64,000 nt of DNA from an archaeon (GCA_041650735.1 JBAZKP010000001.1:240786-304785); one strand, 5' to 3'; shown: positions 1 to 10,515, counted from the first letter of the stretch. Notes: a model not told the origin generated them from the sequence alone. Made by a program: numbers and translations.

Positions 1-749
1 GCTTTATCAATTTTTTCTGCAAACTCTTTCTTGCACATAATAACAGCACTTCTTGGACCGCGAAGAGTTTTATGAGTAGTTGTTGTTACTACATCAAAAA
101 AAGGAACCGGGTTCTCGTGAACCCCTGTAGCACACAACCCTCCAATATGAGAAATATCAGCAACACAAAAACAACCAGCTTCATCACAAATACTCTTAAA
201 TTCCTTAAAATCAATTTTCCTTGGATAAGCAGTGTAACCGGAAAGAACTAACTTTGGTTTTTCTTGAAGAACCTGCTTACGAATTATATCATAATCAAGC
301 ATCTCTGTCTCCTTGTCAACCCCATACTGAATGAAATTATATTGTTTACCTGAAAAATTAACTTTGTGCCCGTGAGTTAAGTGCCCGCCCTCAGTAAGTT
401 TCAAAGCCATTGCTTTATCGCCTAGCTGCATAAGAGCAGAGTACATAGCCATATTTGCAGGAGAACCGGAATTAGGTTGAACATTAGCATGCTCCGCACC
501 AAACAATTGCTTCAATCTATCAATAGCTAACTGCTCAATCTTGTCAATAACTTCATTTCCTCCATAATACCTATGCCCTGGATAACCTTCAGCATATTTG
601 TTTGTAGGATAAGAACCAAGGGCTTCAAGAACAGCAGGAGAAACAAGATTCTCGGAAGGAATTAATTCAATACCCTCTATTTGGCGCTGTTTTTCATCCA
701 AAATATACTTATAAATCTCAGGATCAAATTTCTTAATATTCTCAAACAT
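1..749 (-). CDS. glyA: Serine hydroxymethyltransferase (3' end outside window)
   Basis: Manual translation from ATG 749: [13 protein letters not shown]...IELIPSEN...[16 protein letters not shown]...GGHLTHG...[11 protein letters not shown]. Confidence 0.97.
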   Translation of the reverse strand, partial: MFENIKKFDPEIYKYILDEKQRQIEGIELIPSENLVSPAVLEALGSYPTNKYAEGYPGHRYYGGNEVIDKIEQLAIDRLKQLFGAEHANVQPNSGSPANMAMYSALMQLGDKAMALKLTEGGHLTHGHKVNFSGKQYNFIQYGVDKETEMLDYDIIRKQVLQEKPKLVLSGYTAYPRKIDFKEFKSICDEAGCFCVADISHIGGLCATGVHENPVPFFDVVTTTTHKTLRGPRSAVIMCKKEFAEKIDK

Positions 750-881
750 TCAAACCAACCCACACAAAAAAAGAACCATACTTTATATAAAAGATACAAA
801 CAAAGAATTTAAAAAAACAACAAAAGAAACTTAAAACCAACCAAGCTTAATTTAATAAGAAAGAAACAAGTAGGGAAAAAA

Positions 882-1301
882 ATGGAAACCTTTAATTTAG
901 GGGCAAAAGCCCTTATTGTTAATAAAGGAAAAATACTTTTAATCAAAAGAAGAACAACTGATGTGCACAAACCAGGGATATGGGAAATACCTGGAGGAAG
1001 AGTAACTCTTGAAGAAGACCCAACTAAAGGAGTGAAAAGAGAAGCAAAAGAAGAAACAGGATTGGATATAAATGTTATTTGCCCAATCAATACAAAACAT
1101 TTTGTGAGAGACGATGGGCAGGTAATCACCGCAATAAATTTTTACTGCAAATTAGAAGGAAAAAATACTGTTAGGTTAAGCGAAGAGCACACGGAATATT
1201 GTTGGGAAACAATTCCTAATGCAAAGAAAAAAATCTATTCAGGGTTTTTGGAAACAATTGAAAACTATGAAAAAATGAAGACAGGAGAAATGTTTAAGTA
1301 A
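882..1301 (+). CDS. NUDIX hydrolase (MutT-like)
   Basis: Nudix box PGGRVTLEEDPTKGVKREAKEETGL; LSEEH motif. Confidence 0.92.
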   Translation: METFNLGAKALIVNKGKILLIKRRTTDVHKPGIWEIPGGRVTLEEDPTKGVKREAKEETGLDINVICPINTKHFVRDDGQVITAINFYCKLEGKNTVRLSEEHTEYCWETIPNAKKKIYSGFLETIENYEKMKTGEMFK

Positions 1302-1332
1302 ATATACGCACAAAAATTTCTGGGTTGGGAAA

Positions 1333-2721
1333 ATGGAACTAAAACTCGTGGAAACAAACAAAGAACAATTAATTGAACTAGAAAACTTTTTAGAAAAAAA
1401 AGAAAACCAAAACATTACTGAAGAAACCTTTTTTGAACTCGCAAAACAAATAAACTTTTCATTCTCTATAGAAGAATGCTCAAGACTCCTAAGCCACCAC
1501 CTTTGTGAATCACTTGATTCATACACTCAGCAAAGCCAAAGATATGTAAAAATGAATGAGGGGGCTTTTGTAATCCCACAAGAAATCAAAGAACTCGGAA
1601 AAGAAACTGAAAAAGAATACATTCAACTAAACAATGAAATTTTTGAATTTTACAACAGGATGACAAAAATCAAAGAAGGATTTGCAGGAAGAAAAGCACA
1701 AGAAAGCGACTATGTCCATGGAATAAAAATTGAAGACGGAAGATATATTCTGCCAATAAGCACAACAACAAACGTATTTCAAACAATGAATTTCTCAAAC
1801 ATCACAAGATTTTACAAAACAATGAACAATATAAAAATAAATGAAAGCAGAACGCTCCTTACTGAAGCTGACAAAGCAATTTCAAAAATAATGGGAAAAG
1901 AAACTGAAAAATGCCTTGTAATTAGAAAAATACATGAGTTTGCGGATAAAGGAACTGCGGATGAAACAAAGATAATGGGGCAATACCAAAAAAACTTTGA
2001 TAAAATCAGTGCTAAAAACAACTGTATTTTAATTAATTCATTTAACGAGCCAATTCTTAGGACAGGATTAGGGGCGCTTACCTCAACAAATGAAAAAACT
2101 CCTTCAGAAATACTTTCAACATGGGAAAAAGAAAACATACAATCAGAAAAAGCCAAAGGAGTAACTGAAAGAGTTACAGGGTATGGGCACACATCAATAA
2201 TAGAACATGCAAGAACAACCTTCGGGTTAATGATGACACTAACATGCTACCACCAATTTGAAAGACACAGGCTGCCAAGCAACATACGCGAAAGGCTTGA
2301 AATAATTCCTGCTGAAAGGGAAGTGCTTTTGCCTGAAAGCGTAAAAAGAAATACATTAATAGAACAAGAATTTAATGAAAAAGTAGAAAAAATAAAAAGA
2401 TTTAGGGCAAAACTAAAAGAAAAAGGAGAAATCGGAAAAAACGCACAAACATACCTGCTAATTAATGCTGATATGGTAAAAATAATTTCCTCAACAAATG
2501 CAAGAATGGATAAAGAAATTATGTCAGAGAGATTATGTAATAATGCCCAATGGGAAATAAGACACTTATATGAAAAAAAATTAGAGACATTGAAAAACAC
2601 CACTCCTTTAATCTATGATAAAATCGGGCCAGGATGCATACGCGGAGCGTGCCCAGAAGGCACACTAACCTGTGGAAAAATAATTGAAATGAGAGAAAAA
2701 TACAATTACAATACAAAATAA
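1333..2721 (+). CDS. thyX: Flavin-dependent thymidylate synthase, tandem two-domain form
   Basis: QQSQRY and EDGRYILP in N-half; GHTSIIEHA, HQFERHR, RLCNNAQWEIR and GPGC..G.CPEG in C-half. Confidence 0.88.
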   Translation: MELKLVETNKEQLIELENFLEKKENQNITEETFFELAKQINFSFSIEECSRLLSHHLCESLDSYTQQSQRYVKMNEGAFVIPQEIKELGKETEKEYIQLNNEIFEFYNRMTKIKEGFAGRKAQESDYVHGIKIEDGRYILPISTTTNVFQTMNFSNITRFYKTMNNIKINESRTLLTEADKAISKIMGKETEKCLVIRKIHEFADKGTADETKIMGQYQKNFDKISAKNNCILINSFNEPILRTGLGALTSTNEKTPSEILSTWEKENIQSEKAKGVTERVTGYGHTSIIEHARTTFGLMMTLTCYHQFERHRLPSNIRERLEIIPAEREVLLPESVKRNTLIEQEFNEKVEKIKRFRAKLKEKGEIGKNAQTYLLINADMVKIISSTNARMDKEIMSERLCNNAQWEIRHLYEKKLETLKNTTPLIYDKIGPGCIRGACPEGTLTCGKIIEMREKYNYNTK

Positions 2722-2854
2722 AACTAATTTCTACCGCCGGCATGGCACTTGGAAAAGGATTTATAACCAACCAAACATAATCCTATTGTTAATTGCGCAA
2801 AGGGTTTGCTCTTTTGCCGGAAAAAACTCAAAAAGCGCTTAACGAGGTGAAAAA

Positions 2855-3808
<954 letters not shown>

Positions 3809-3837
3809 AATATCAGAAACTAAAACTAACTTCTTGG

Positions 3838-3856
3838 GCGAAGTAAAAAACTTCGC
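3838..3856. terminator. Hairpin between convergent radA and tgt
   Basis: GCGAAG-TAAAAAA-CTTCGC inverted repeat. Confidence 0.5.
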
Positions 3857-4969
3857 TCATTTTTTATTTTTATAATTTAATTCAAACTCTTTCTTAAATT
3901 TCTCAAAATTATTTTCCTTAATCGCAACACGAATCTCTTTAATTAAATTAGCAATAAAAAAAGTATTGTGGTAAGAGAGAAGCATTAAACCATTTTGCTC
4001 GTAAGTTTTGAACAAGTGATGCAAATAAGATTTTGAATGGGATTTGCAAACAAAACAACCACATTCTGAATCAAGAGAAGAAAAATCTTCTTTGTATTTA
4101 CTACGATTAATCTGAACACAACCATTATGAGCAAAAATTTTTCCATGACGAGCCATTCTTGTAGGATAGGCTGAATCAAAAATGTCTACCCCGCGCTCAA
4201 CTAGATTTAGTATTTCAAGTGGAGAACCAACCCCCATCAAGTAAATAGGCCTTTCTTTTGAAACAAATTTCTTTGAAAATTCTGTAACATCATACATTGT
4301 TTTAGGATCCTCGCCAATACACAAACCGCCAAAAGCCAAACCATCAAAATTCATTGCCTCAAGAGCAATAGTGCTTTTTTTGCGAAGGTCAAGAAACGTT
4401 CCTCCTTGAGTAATACCAAAAAGCAATTGATTTGAATTTTTATGAGCTTCTTTGCATCTCAAAGCCCATTCAGTGGTGCGAACCATCGCATCAAAATAAT
4501 CCAAACGAGATTTACCGAAATGCAAAACATGATCAAGACACATAGCAACATCAGAGCCAAGAGAATTCTGAACCCGAACTGCATTTTCAGGAGTAATCAA
4601 ATGAACACTTTTATCAAAAGGATTTCTGAAAAAAACCCCTTTATCTGTTACATGATCAACAAAATCTTCTGAGAGGAGTTGAAATCCCCCTGAGTCAGTA
4701 AAAAGAGATTTATCCCAGCCAAAAAACTTGTGAATACCTCCTGCTTTTTTTATATGCTCAAGCCCGGGTTTTAAGTAATTAATAAAAGCATTAGAAATAA
4801 GGCAATCAACATTCATTTCATTTAACTGTGAATGGGAAACAAATTTTACCGCGCCCTTAGTTGCAACAGGCATAAAAAAAGGGGTTTCTAATTTACCATG
4901 CGCTGTTGAAAGAATACCTGCGCGAGCAAGAGAATTTTTGGATTCGTGAGTTAATTCAAAGCAAGACAT
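3857..4969 (-). CDS. tgt: tRNA-guanine transglycosylase, bacterial (queuine/preQ1) type
   Basis: TPFFMPVAT, DSGGFQ, GITQGG, YLMGVG, DIFD, Zn site CGCFVC...H; no PUA domain; start moved to ATG 4969 because the ORF extension overlaps SRP RNA. Confidence 0.93.
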   Translation of the reverse strand: MSCFELTHESKNSLARAGILSTAHGKLETPFFMPVATKGAVKFVSHSQLNEMNVDCLISNAFINYLKPGLEHIKKAGGIHKFFGWDKSLFTDSGGFQLLSEDFVDHVTDKGVFFRNPFDKSVHLITPENAVRVQNSLGSDVAMCLDHVLHFGKSRLDYFDAMVRTTEWALRCKEAHKNSNQLLFGITQGGTFLDLRKKSTIALEAMNFDGLAFGGLCIGEDPKTMYDVTEFSKKFVSKERPIYLMGVGSPLEILNLVERGVDIFDSAYPTRMARHGKIFAHNGCVQINRSKYKEDFSSLDSECGCFVCKSHSKSYLHHLFKTYEQNGLMLLSYHNTFFIANLIKEIRVAIKENNFEKFKKEFELNYKNKK

Positions 4970-5021
4970 ACCAATTACTGAAACAAGTAGTCTTTTAATT
5001 ATTTCAAACCAAGAATATATT

Positions 5022-5287
5022 GGACTAGGCCGGGCCGCCAGCGGTGGCTTGTAACCGGAAACCCGCTTCATGCCGGGGCCGAAGCTGGAAAAGAGGTTTT
5101 GATGTTTTTGCACTGAAAGTGCTGGTGGCGTCGAAGCTCTGTCCTTACAGGCCTTTCTGTGAAACGAACCCCGCCAGGGCAGGAATGCAGCAACGGTAAT
5201 TTTATTGAAGAGCGCTGAAGGGAAACGGAGTGGAGTTACTAGTACTCCAACAGTGCATTTACTAGAAATCCATTTCCCGGCACGTCC
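5022..5287 (+). ncRNA. ffs: Archaeal SRP (7S) RNA
   Basis: GGAC 5' end pairs with GTCC 3' end followed by T-run; Alu TGTAA motif; helix 6 GCACT-GAAA-GTGC; helix 8 CCGCCAGG-GCA-GGAA-TGC-AGCAACGG. Confidence 0.92.
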
Positions 5288-5333
5288 TTTTTCTACATAA
5301 AGTGCTGCTAAACCCCTTCCTTTATCAGATTTA

Positions 5334-5361
5334 ATTAATAATAAAAAAAGTTATGTTTAAT
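5334..5361. other. Candidate dif (Xer recombination) site
   Basis: ATTAATAATAA-AAAAAG-TTATGTTTAAT: 11-6-11 imperfect inverted repeat; right arm 1 mismatch from E. coli XerD arm TTATGTTAAAT. Confidence 0.4.
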
Positions 5362-5428
5362 CAATTTTTTTGGGGAAATGTTTATATATAAAAAAGGCGT
5401 TGTTCTAACATAAAATTGGTGTTACCAA

Positions 5429-5614
5429 ATGGTTTTTGAGAAAAAAATGTCCGTAAAAGACTTAATAGAACAAATGAGGGAAGAACTAAAAAAAGAGCAA
5501 GAAGAATCAAGAATGCTTGAAACCCCCTCAAGAAGAAAAAGCACAAAAAAAGCTTCAAAAACAAAAACTAAAGCAAAAAAGAAACAAAAAAAGAAAGGAA
5601 AAAAGAAAAAGTGA
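5429..5614 (+). CDS. Small lysine-rich protein
   Basis: ORF with strong TATA (TTTATATATA) about 50 bp upstream; histone-H1-like Lys-rich tail. Confidence 0.6.
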   Translation: MVFEKKMSVKDLIEQMREELKKEQEESRMLETPSRRKSTKKASKTKTKAKKKQKKKGKKKK

Positions 5615-5623
5615 ACTATTAAT

Positions 5624-5938
5624 TCACTCTTTCTTATTGATTTCTTTGGAAATTTCTTTTTCAATCTTCTTCAAAACATTCTGAATCGTTTCAAGCAACT
5701 GCCAATCAACATACTCGGCAAAAAAACTCTTTCCATTAATAGTAAGCCTGGCATGAACTTCATGCTGAGCCCTCAAACCACCCTTCTTGTACTCCTTCAA
5801 GGATAATTGAAGCTCAGAATCGGAGCCAACCTTTTTGAAAAAATGCGTTAAAGCTTTTGAAACCAATGCCAAATCAACTTCATCAAGCTCAGGAAATTTT
5901 ATTAACTTCACATTAGGAAACTCTGACAAATTAACCAT
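5624..5938 (-). CDS. Stand-alone HPF/RaiA-like (ribosome hibernation) domain protein
   Basis: Pattern HEVHARLTINGKSFFAE..DWQLLETIQNVLKKIEKEI resembles the S30AE/HPF fold; GAGGTG RBS. Confidence 0.6.
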   Translation of the reverse strand: MVNLSEFPNVKLIKFPELDEVDLALVSKALTHFFKKVGSDSELQLSLKEYKKGGLRAQHEVHARLTINGKSFFAEYVDWQLLETIQNVLKKIEKEISKEINKKE

Positions 5939-6015
5939 AAAACAAACACCTCAAAATACACACTATCTAATTAATGATTCAACGAGTTTAAAAAAAGATT
6001 TGGAACAAGGATGAT

Positions 6016-7776
6016 ATGGCAAATGAAGAAATAACACAATCAGAAATAAAACAAGTATTTGATTATGTTAGAGATAAAAGCAAAAAAAACGGGTTAGAAC
6101 AAACCGAAAGGATTACTGAAGAATTAAGAAAAAAAGACCTTCCAAAAGAATCCATCAAAGCAACAATCTTAATAAAAATACCTGAAGAAAAATTTAATGA
6201 AATAGAAATTAAAGAAAAATTTGGAGAAGAAACCCTCCAAATAATTAAAACAATAAAACAAATCAACACAGTGATAGAAAGAAATTTTGAAAAAATCCCC
6301 TCGGGAACATTAAGCTCAATATTACTCTCCTTATCTCAAAATTTTCAACCAATAATAATAAAAATCGCGCAAGTTACTGATGCACTAATAAACGAAGAAA
6401 ATGAGACAAAAAATAAAAAATTTATAAAACTTGCTGAAGAAATCTACGGGCCATTAGCAACAAAGCTCGGGCTAAATGATTTCGCATGGAAAATACAAGA
6501 TTACAGCTTTAAAATAACTAACCGAGAAGGGTGGGAAAAAATAAAAAAACTAGTGAACAAAACAAGGGCTGAGAGAGAAGCTTTTGTAGAAGAGGTAAAA
6601 AAAGAAGTTGAAACCCTGTTTAAGGACAAAATGAATGTACAAGTAACAGGCAGGCCAAAAAACTTTAAAGCAATATTTGAAAAACTAAAAAAAGTAAGCT
6701 TCCAAAAAATGAATGATATTTATGGAATAAGAATAATCTGCAACAAAGAAAAAGAATGCTATGAAGCACTTGGGTATGTACATTCAAAATATGACATAAT
6801 CCCTGAAGCATTTGATGATTACATCACAAAGCCAAAAACAAGCGGGTACAAAAGCATACACACAGCTGTGAAAAGAGGAAATGATATTATAGAAATACAA
6901 ATCAGAACATGGGAACAACATTTGCGAACATTAGGCGAAAATTACTGGGATTATAAAAGAATAAGAAAAGACAAAGAATTCGAAAAAGAACTCAGCTGGG
7001 AAAGGCAATTAATAGAATTACAGCAAAGCATAGGCAAAGATGCATTTGCAAAAAAAATAACTGGGAAAAAAATATTTGTGTTCACCCCAAAAAATGAAGC
7101 TATTGCACTACCTATAGGGGCAACAGTAATAGATTTTGCTTTTGCAGTACACACAGACATAGGAAAAAAAATGGAAAAAGCAAGAGTAAACTCAAAATTC
7201 GTGCCAATAGAAACAAAACTAAACAACCTTGACCAAGTGGAAATAATTATTGCAGAAAAACCACAATTAAAGAAAAACTGGCTGAACTTTGCTGTTTCGG
7301 ATAAAGCCAAAACAAAAATCAAAACATACTTTGGAATGAAAAAAACAACTTTAATTAAGAAAAATATTCAGCCAACTAATTTCAAAAAAATCAAAATGGC
7401 TGAATGCTGCCACCCCCTGCCGGGAGAAGATGTAATAGGGGTCAAAACAACAAAAAGGAAAATCGTTGTGCACAAAAAAGAATGCAAAAACATCCAAAAA
7501 ATAAGCAAAGACAAATTAATAGAAATCGGATTTGAGAGGGAAAAGGGAAAAACTGAAATAAAAATAACCGCTATTGACAGGCCGGGCTTATTGTCTGAAA
7601 TACTCGCAGAAATAAAACAAAGCAGCGCAACACTTACCAACACAAACTTTAAAATAAAAAAAACGGGCTATGCAGAAGCAATATTTGGGATAGAAATAAG
7701 CAGTTTAATGAAACTAGAACACTTAATAGACAAAATAGAAAAAATACCATCAGTGCAAAGTGCTGAAAGAATATAG
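6016..7776 (+). CDS. relA: Long RelA/SpoT homologue (pseudo-HD, SYNTH, TGS, ZFD, ACT)
   Basis: GRPK, DIYGIRII, DDYITKPKTSGYKSIHT, EIQIRT; TGS FVFTPK..LP.GATVIDFAFAVHTDIG; AECCHPLPGE; ACT DRPGLLSEI. Confidence 0.92.
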   Translation: MANEEITQSEIKQVFDYVRDKSKKNGLEQTERITEELRKKDLPKESIKATILIKIPEEKFNEIEIKEKFGEETLQIIKTIKQINTVIERNFEKIPSGTLSSILLSLSQNFQPIIIKIAQVTDALINEENETKNKKFIKLAEEIYGPLATKLGLNDFAWKIQDYSFKITNREGWEKIKKLVNKTRAEREAFVEEVKKEVETLFKDKMNVQVTGRPKNFKAIFEKLKKVSFQKMNDIYGIRIICNKEKECYEALGYVHSKYDIIPEAFDDYITKPKTSGYKSIHTAVKRGNDIIEIQIRTWEQHLRTLGENYWDYKRIRKDKEFEKELSWERQLIELQQSIGKDAFAKKITGKKIFVFTPKNEAIALPIGATVIDFAFAVHTDIGKKMEKARVNSKFVPIETKLNNLDQVEIIIAEKPQLKKNWLNFAVSDKAKTKIKTYFGMKKTTLIKKNIQPTNFKKIKMAECCHPLPGEDVIGVKTTKRKIVVHKKECKNIQKISKDKLIEIGFEREKGKTEIKITAIDRPGLLSEILAEIKQSSATLTNTNFKIKKTGYAEAIFGIEISSLMKLEHLIDKIEKIPSVQSAERI

Positions 7777-7837
7777 AAAAATCAAAAATAACTTATTTAA
7801 ATGCTTTCTAATTCAAATCTACAAGGAAGTGATAGAA

Positions 7838-9034
7838 ATGAAAGCAACACTAAAGGGACTAATGTTAATTATTTTACTTATATTATCAGTAAATGCTCTA
7901 GCAGCAAACCCCGAAATAACACAAGTAAGCTACAATCCAAGCCCCGCAGTACCGGGCGCAACAATAATAGTTCTAGTACAAACCGAAAACCAGGATTCTA
8001 TTGCATATGCTGATGTTACACTACAAGTTGAAAATCAATACCCTTTCACAGTAAAAACAACTGAAGGGTACCCTAATCCGAAAAATGTGGGGACAATCGA
8101 GGGATATGGAAATGCACTAACACAATTTATTATATACATTGATCCAACAGCGGAAAACAAAACATACTACCTTCCAATAACTATAACAACAAAACTCAAC
8201 CAAACAGGGAAAAAAATAAATCACCCAATTGTTATCAGCGGGCAAAACCCAGTAATAAAAGTAATTTCAATGTCAAATGACAAATTCCTTCCAGGGCAAG
8301 AAAAAGAAATAACTTTTACCCTACAAAATGTAGGAACAAGCCCAGCATATGATATAATATTAGAAATGCAAGAAGACCGAACAGTGACTGCAACAGGGAC
8401 TGTGGTTGAAAGAGACATAACTCCATTAGGAGCAGCAACCGCATACATATCCACAATTAATCCAGGAGAGAAAAAAGAAACAACACTCAAAATAAGTGTA
8501 ACAAACACTGCTACAATCAAAAACTATACACAACCAATACAAATTTCATACCGCGATGCATCAGGAGAAAGAACAACAGAAACATCATACATAGGATTAA
8601 AAGTATTTGGAACAGCTGATTTGGATGTAACTCTAAAAGAAAAAACAGGTTATATTGCACCAAGCCAAACAGCAAATATTACATTAGAATTATTCAACAA
8701 AGGGCTGGGAAAAGCTGAATTCACTTTAGTTGAATTAAAAATCAATGGAGGAACAATAGACAAACCAAAACAATTCATAGGAGCATTAGGCCCAAATGAT
8801 GTAGACACAATAAAAACAGATATTACATTCACTGCAGAGGAAGGAGAGAGAACAATTGAAGTAACCATAAACTACCAGGATTCTGATTCAACAATGAAAA
8901 CAAAAACAATACAAATACCACTAAAAACACAACAAGCAATAGCAGAAGGACCAAACATGCTATTAATACTAGTAATACTAGTAGTGATAGGAATAATTGT
9001 TTGGAACTTTTTCATTAAGAAAAAGAAAAAATAA
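7838..9034 (+). CDS. S-layer-domain / COG1361-like secreted, membrane-anchored protein
   Basis: Signal peptide at ATG 7838, repeated Ig-like units (LQNVGTSPA, FNKGLGKA), C-terminal TM plus KKKKK. Confidence 0.8.
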   Translation: MKATLKGLMLIILLILSVNALAANPEITQVSYNPSPAVPGATIIVLVQTENQDSIAYADVTLQVENQYPFTVKTTEGYPNPKNVGTIEGYGNALTQFIIYIDPTAENKTYYLPITITTKLNQTGKKINHPIVISGQNPVIKVISMSNDKFLPGQEKEITFTLQNVGTSPAYDIILEMQEDRTVTATGTVVERDITPLGAATAYISTINPGEKKETTLKISVTNTATIKNYTQPIQISYRDASGERTTETSYIGLKVFGTADLDVTLKEKTGYIAPSQTANITLELFNKGLGKAEFTLVELKINGGTIDKPKQFIGALGPNDVDTIKTDITFTAEEGERTIEVTINYQDSDSTMKTKTIQIPLKTQQAIAEGPNMLLILVILVVIGIIVWNFFIKKKKK

Positions 9035-9043
9035 TAATTAAAT

Positions 9044-9070
9044 AGCAAAGGGTAAAAAGTTTGCCCTTTG
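9044..9070. terminator. Hairpin between convergent genes
   Basis: GCAAAGGG(T)AAA...TTTGCCCTTTGC inverted repeat. Confidence 0.5.
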
Positions 9071-9086
9071 CAATAACTTTTTTTAA

Positions 9087-9821
9087 TTACAAATTATAAT
9101 CATCTTCAACTTTTCGAACAGTAATACCAGAATCAGAAATCTGTAAAGGATGCAAATCCTCGCTATGCTTAGTAGCACGCATCTTCCTAATATGCAAAGT
9201 CCTATTGCTTTGAGTGCCTATCCCCATGTAATGCAAAACAACAACCCCATCAGCAACAAACTCCTCAACCCCATACTTACCCAACTGCTTAGAATCCTCA
9301 TTAATTTCAGTTGTAAACATAGTTGTAACACCGGCACGGGAAAGCAAGTAAACCATTTTCAAAACAGCCTTCCTTATCTCGTGCTCATTATCAAAATTAA
9401 GCCCAAGCGCAGGAATAGAATCAATAACAACACGCTTAGCCTTAATTTTCTTAATAGCACGCATTAATTCAAGCAATAACTTATCTAAATCAAACCCGGT
9501 GGCAGGAAGAGAAAACTCTTCATCACTTGGGATACCAAGCTTAGCCATGGTGCCATCAACAACTTTCAACAACCCATCATCTTCTAATTTCCTTAAATTC
9601 CATCCAAAACGCAACATGTCCTCACGAATAAGCTCAGGTCTTTCATCAAGAGTCAAATAAACCCCGGGCTCATTAAACTTAGCCCCATTAACAAGAAACT
9701 GCATAGCAAAAATAGTCTTACCAGTACCAGTGCCCCCTGAAATCAAAAAACTTCTACCCTCAGGCAAGCCCCCCTCAACTAATTCATCAAAACCAAAAAT
9801 ACCAGTCTTAACACGATTCAT
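9087..9821 (-). CDS. KaiC/RAD55-like single-domain ATPase
   Basis: RVKTGIFGFDELVEGGLP, GGTGTGKT, RVVIDSI, ADGVVVL, IRKMRAT.H. Confidence 0.92.
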   Translation of the reverse strand: MNRVKTGIFGFDELVEGGLPEGRSFLISGGTGTGKTIFAMQFLVNGAKFNEPGVYLTLDERPELIREDMLRFGWNLRKLEDDGLLKVVDGTMAKLGIPSDEEFSLPATGFDLDKLLLELMRAIKKIKAKRVVIDSIPALGLNFDNEHEIRKAVLKMVYLLSRAGVTTMFTTEINEDSKQLGKYGVEEFVADGVVVLHYMGIGTQSNRTLHIRKMRATKHSEDLHPLQISDSGITVRKVEDDYNL

Positions 9822-9928
9822 AAAACATCAATAGTAATAGGCAAAGGTTGATTATAAATCTTTCACCAGGCAACACAAAAATAGGGAGAACAAAAGAAAC
9901 AACTTTTTTTAAAAAAATAGAAAAAATA

Positions 9929-10002
9929 TGGGACTGGGGAGATTTGAACCCCCGACACCACGGTCTTCAGCCGTGTGCTCTCCCAGGCTGAGCTACAGTC
10001 CC
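9929..10002 (-). tRNA. tRNA-Phe(GAA)
   Basis: GGGACTGTAGCTCAGCCTGGGAGAGCACACGGCTGAAGACCGTGGTGTCGGGGGTTCAAATCTCCCCAGTCCCA. Confidence 0.96.
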
Positions 10003-10069
10003 AGAGATAAATAAAAACTCCAAAGAAAAGCTTTTTAATTGAAGCATAGGAAAAAAGGCTTTTGAAGAA

Positions 10070-10426
10070 CTAACCCATCCTCTTTAATTCAGAGACATTA
10101 ACAAGAATGGCTCCTTTAGAAGGCAACCCTTTGTTTTCAGGAATATTTTTTACAAGTTCAAGATAAGAGCCTTTTGTGAAATACTGCGCAGCACCTTTCA
10201 GTTCAAACCCTGCTTCTCCAACAAAAAAAGATAAAGCAACAGAATTATTATTTTGAATATTTAAAATAGTCTCTTTCATAAAATTATCAGTAATCAACAC
10301 TTTGTCAGAATCCAGAACCTTTGCATACATTACACAAATTAAGTGAGGGTGATTCCCCTTATCAACTGTAGAAAGAGAAAGAATATTTTCTTCAATTAAT
10401 TTTTTTAAATCTAAAGAAATAACCAT
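10070..10426 (-). CDS. Pyridoxamine 5'-phosphate oxidase-like FMN-binding protein
   Basis: LSTVDKGNHPH, ITDNFMKETILNIQNN..VAL, GFELKG; GGTGA RBS before ATG 10426. Confidence 0.85.
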   Translation of the reverse strand: MVISLDLKKLIEENILSLSTVDKGNHPHLICVMYAKVLDSDKVLITDNFMKETILNIQNNNSVALSFFVGEAGFELKGAAQYFTKGSYLELVKNIPENKGLPSKGAILVNVSELKRMG

Positions 10427-10442
10427 TTTTTTCACCTAAAAG

Positions 10443-10515
10443 CGAGCCCGTAGGGAATCGAACCCTAGACACCCAGATTAAGAGTCTGGTGCTCTACCGA
10501 CTGAGCTACGGGCCC
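10443..10515 (-). tRNA. tRNA-Lys(CTT)
   Basis: GGGCCCGTAGCTCAGTCGGTAGAGCACCAGACTCTTAATCTGG...GGTTCGATTCCCTACGGGCTCG. Confidence 0.96.

Noticed and set aside
4970..5113. N-terminal extension of the tgt ORF
   Set aside because: It is the antisense strand of the SRP RNA and its promoter; TGT homology starts at MSCFEL
9087..9821. Circadian clock system
   Set aside because: Single-domain KaiC-like ATPases are common in archaea; no kaiA or kaiB
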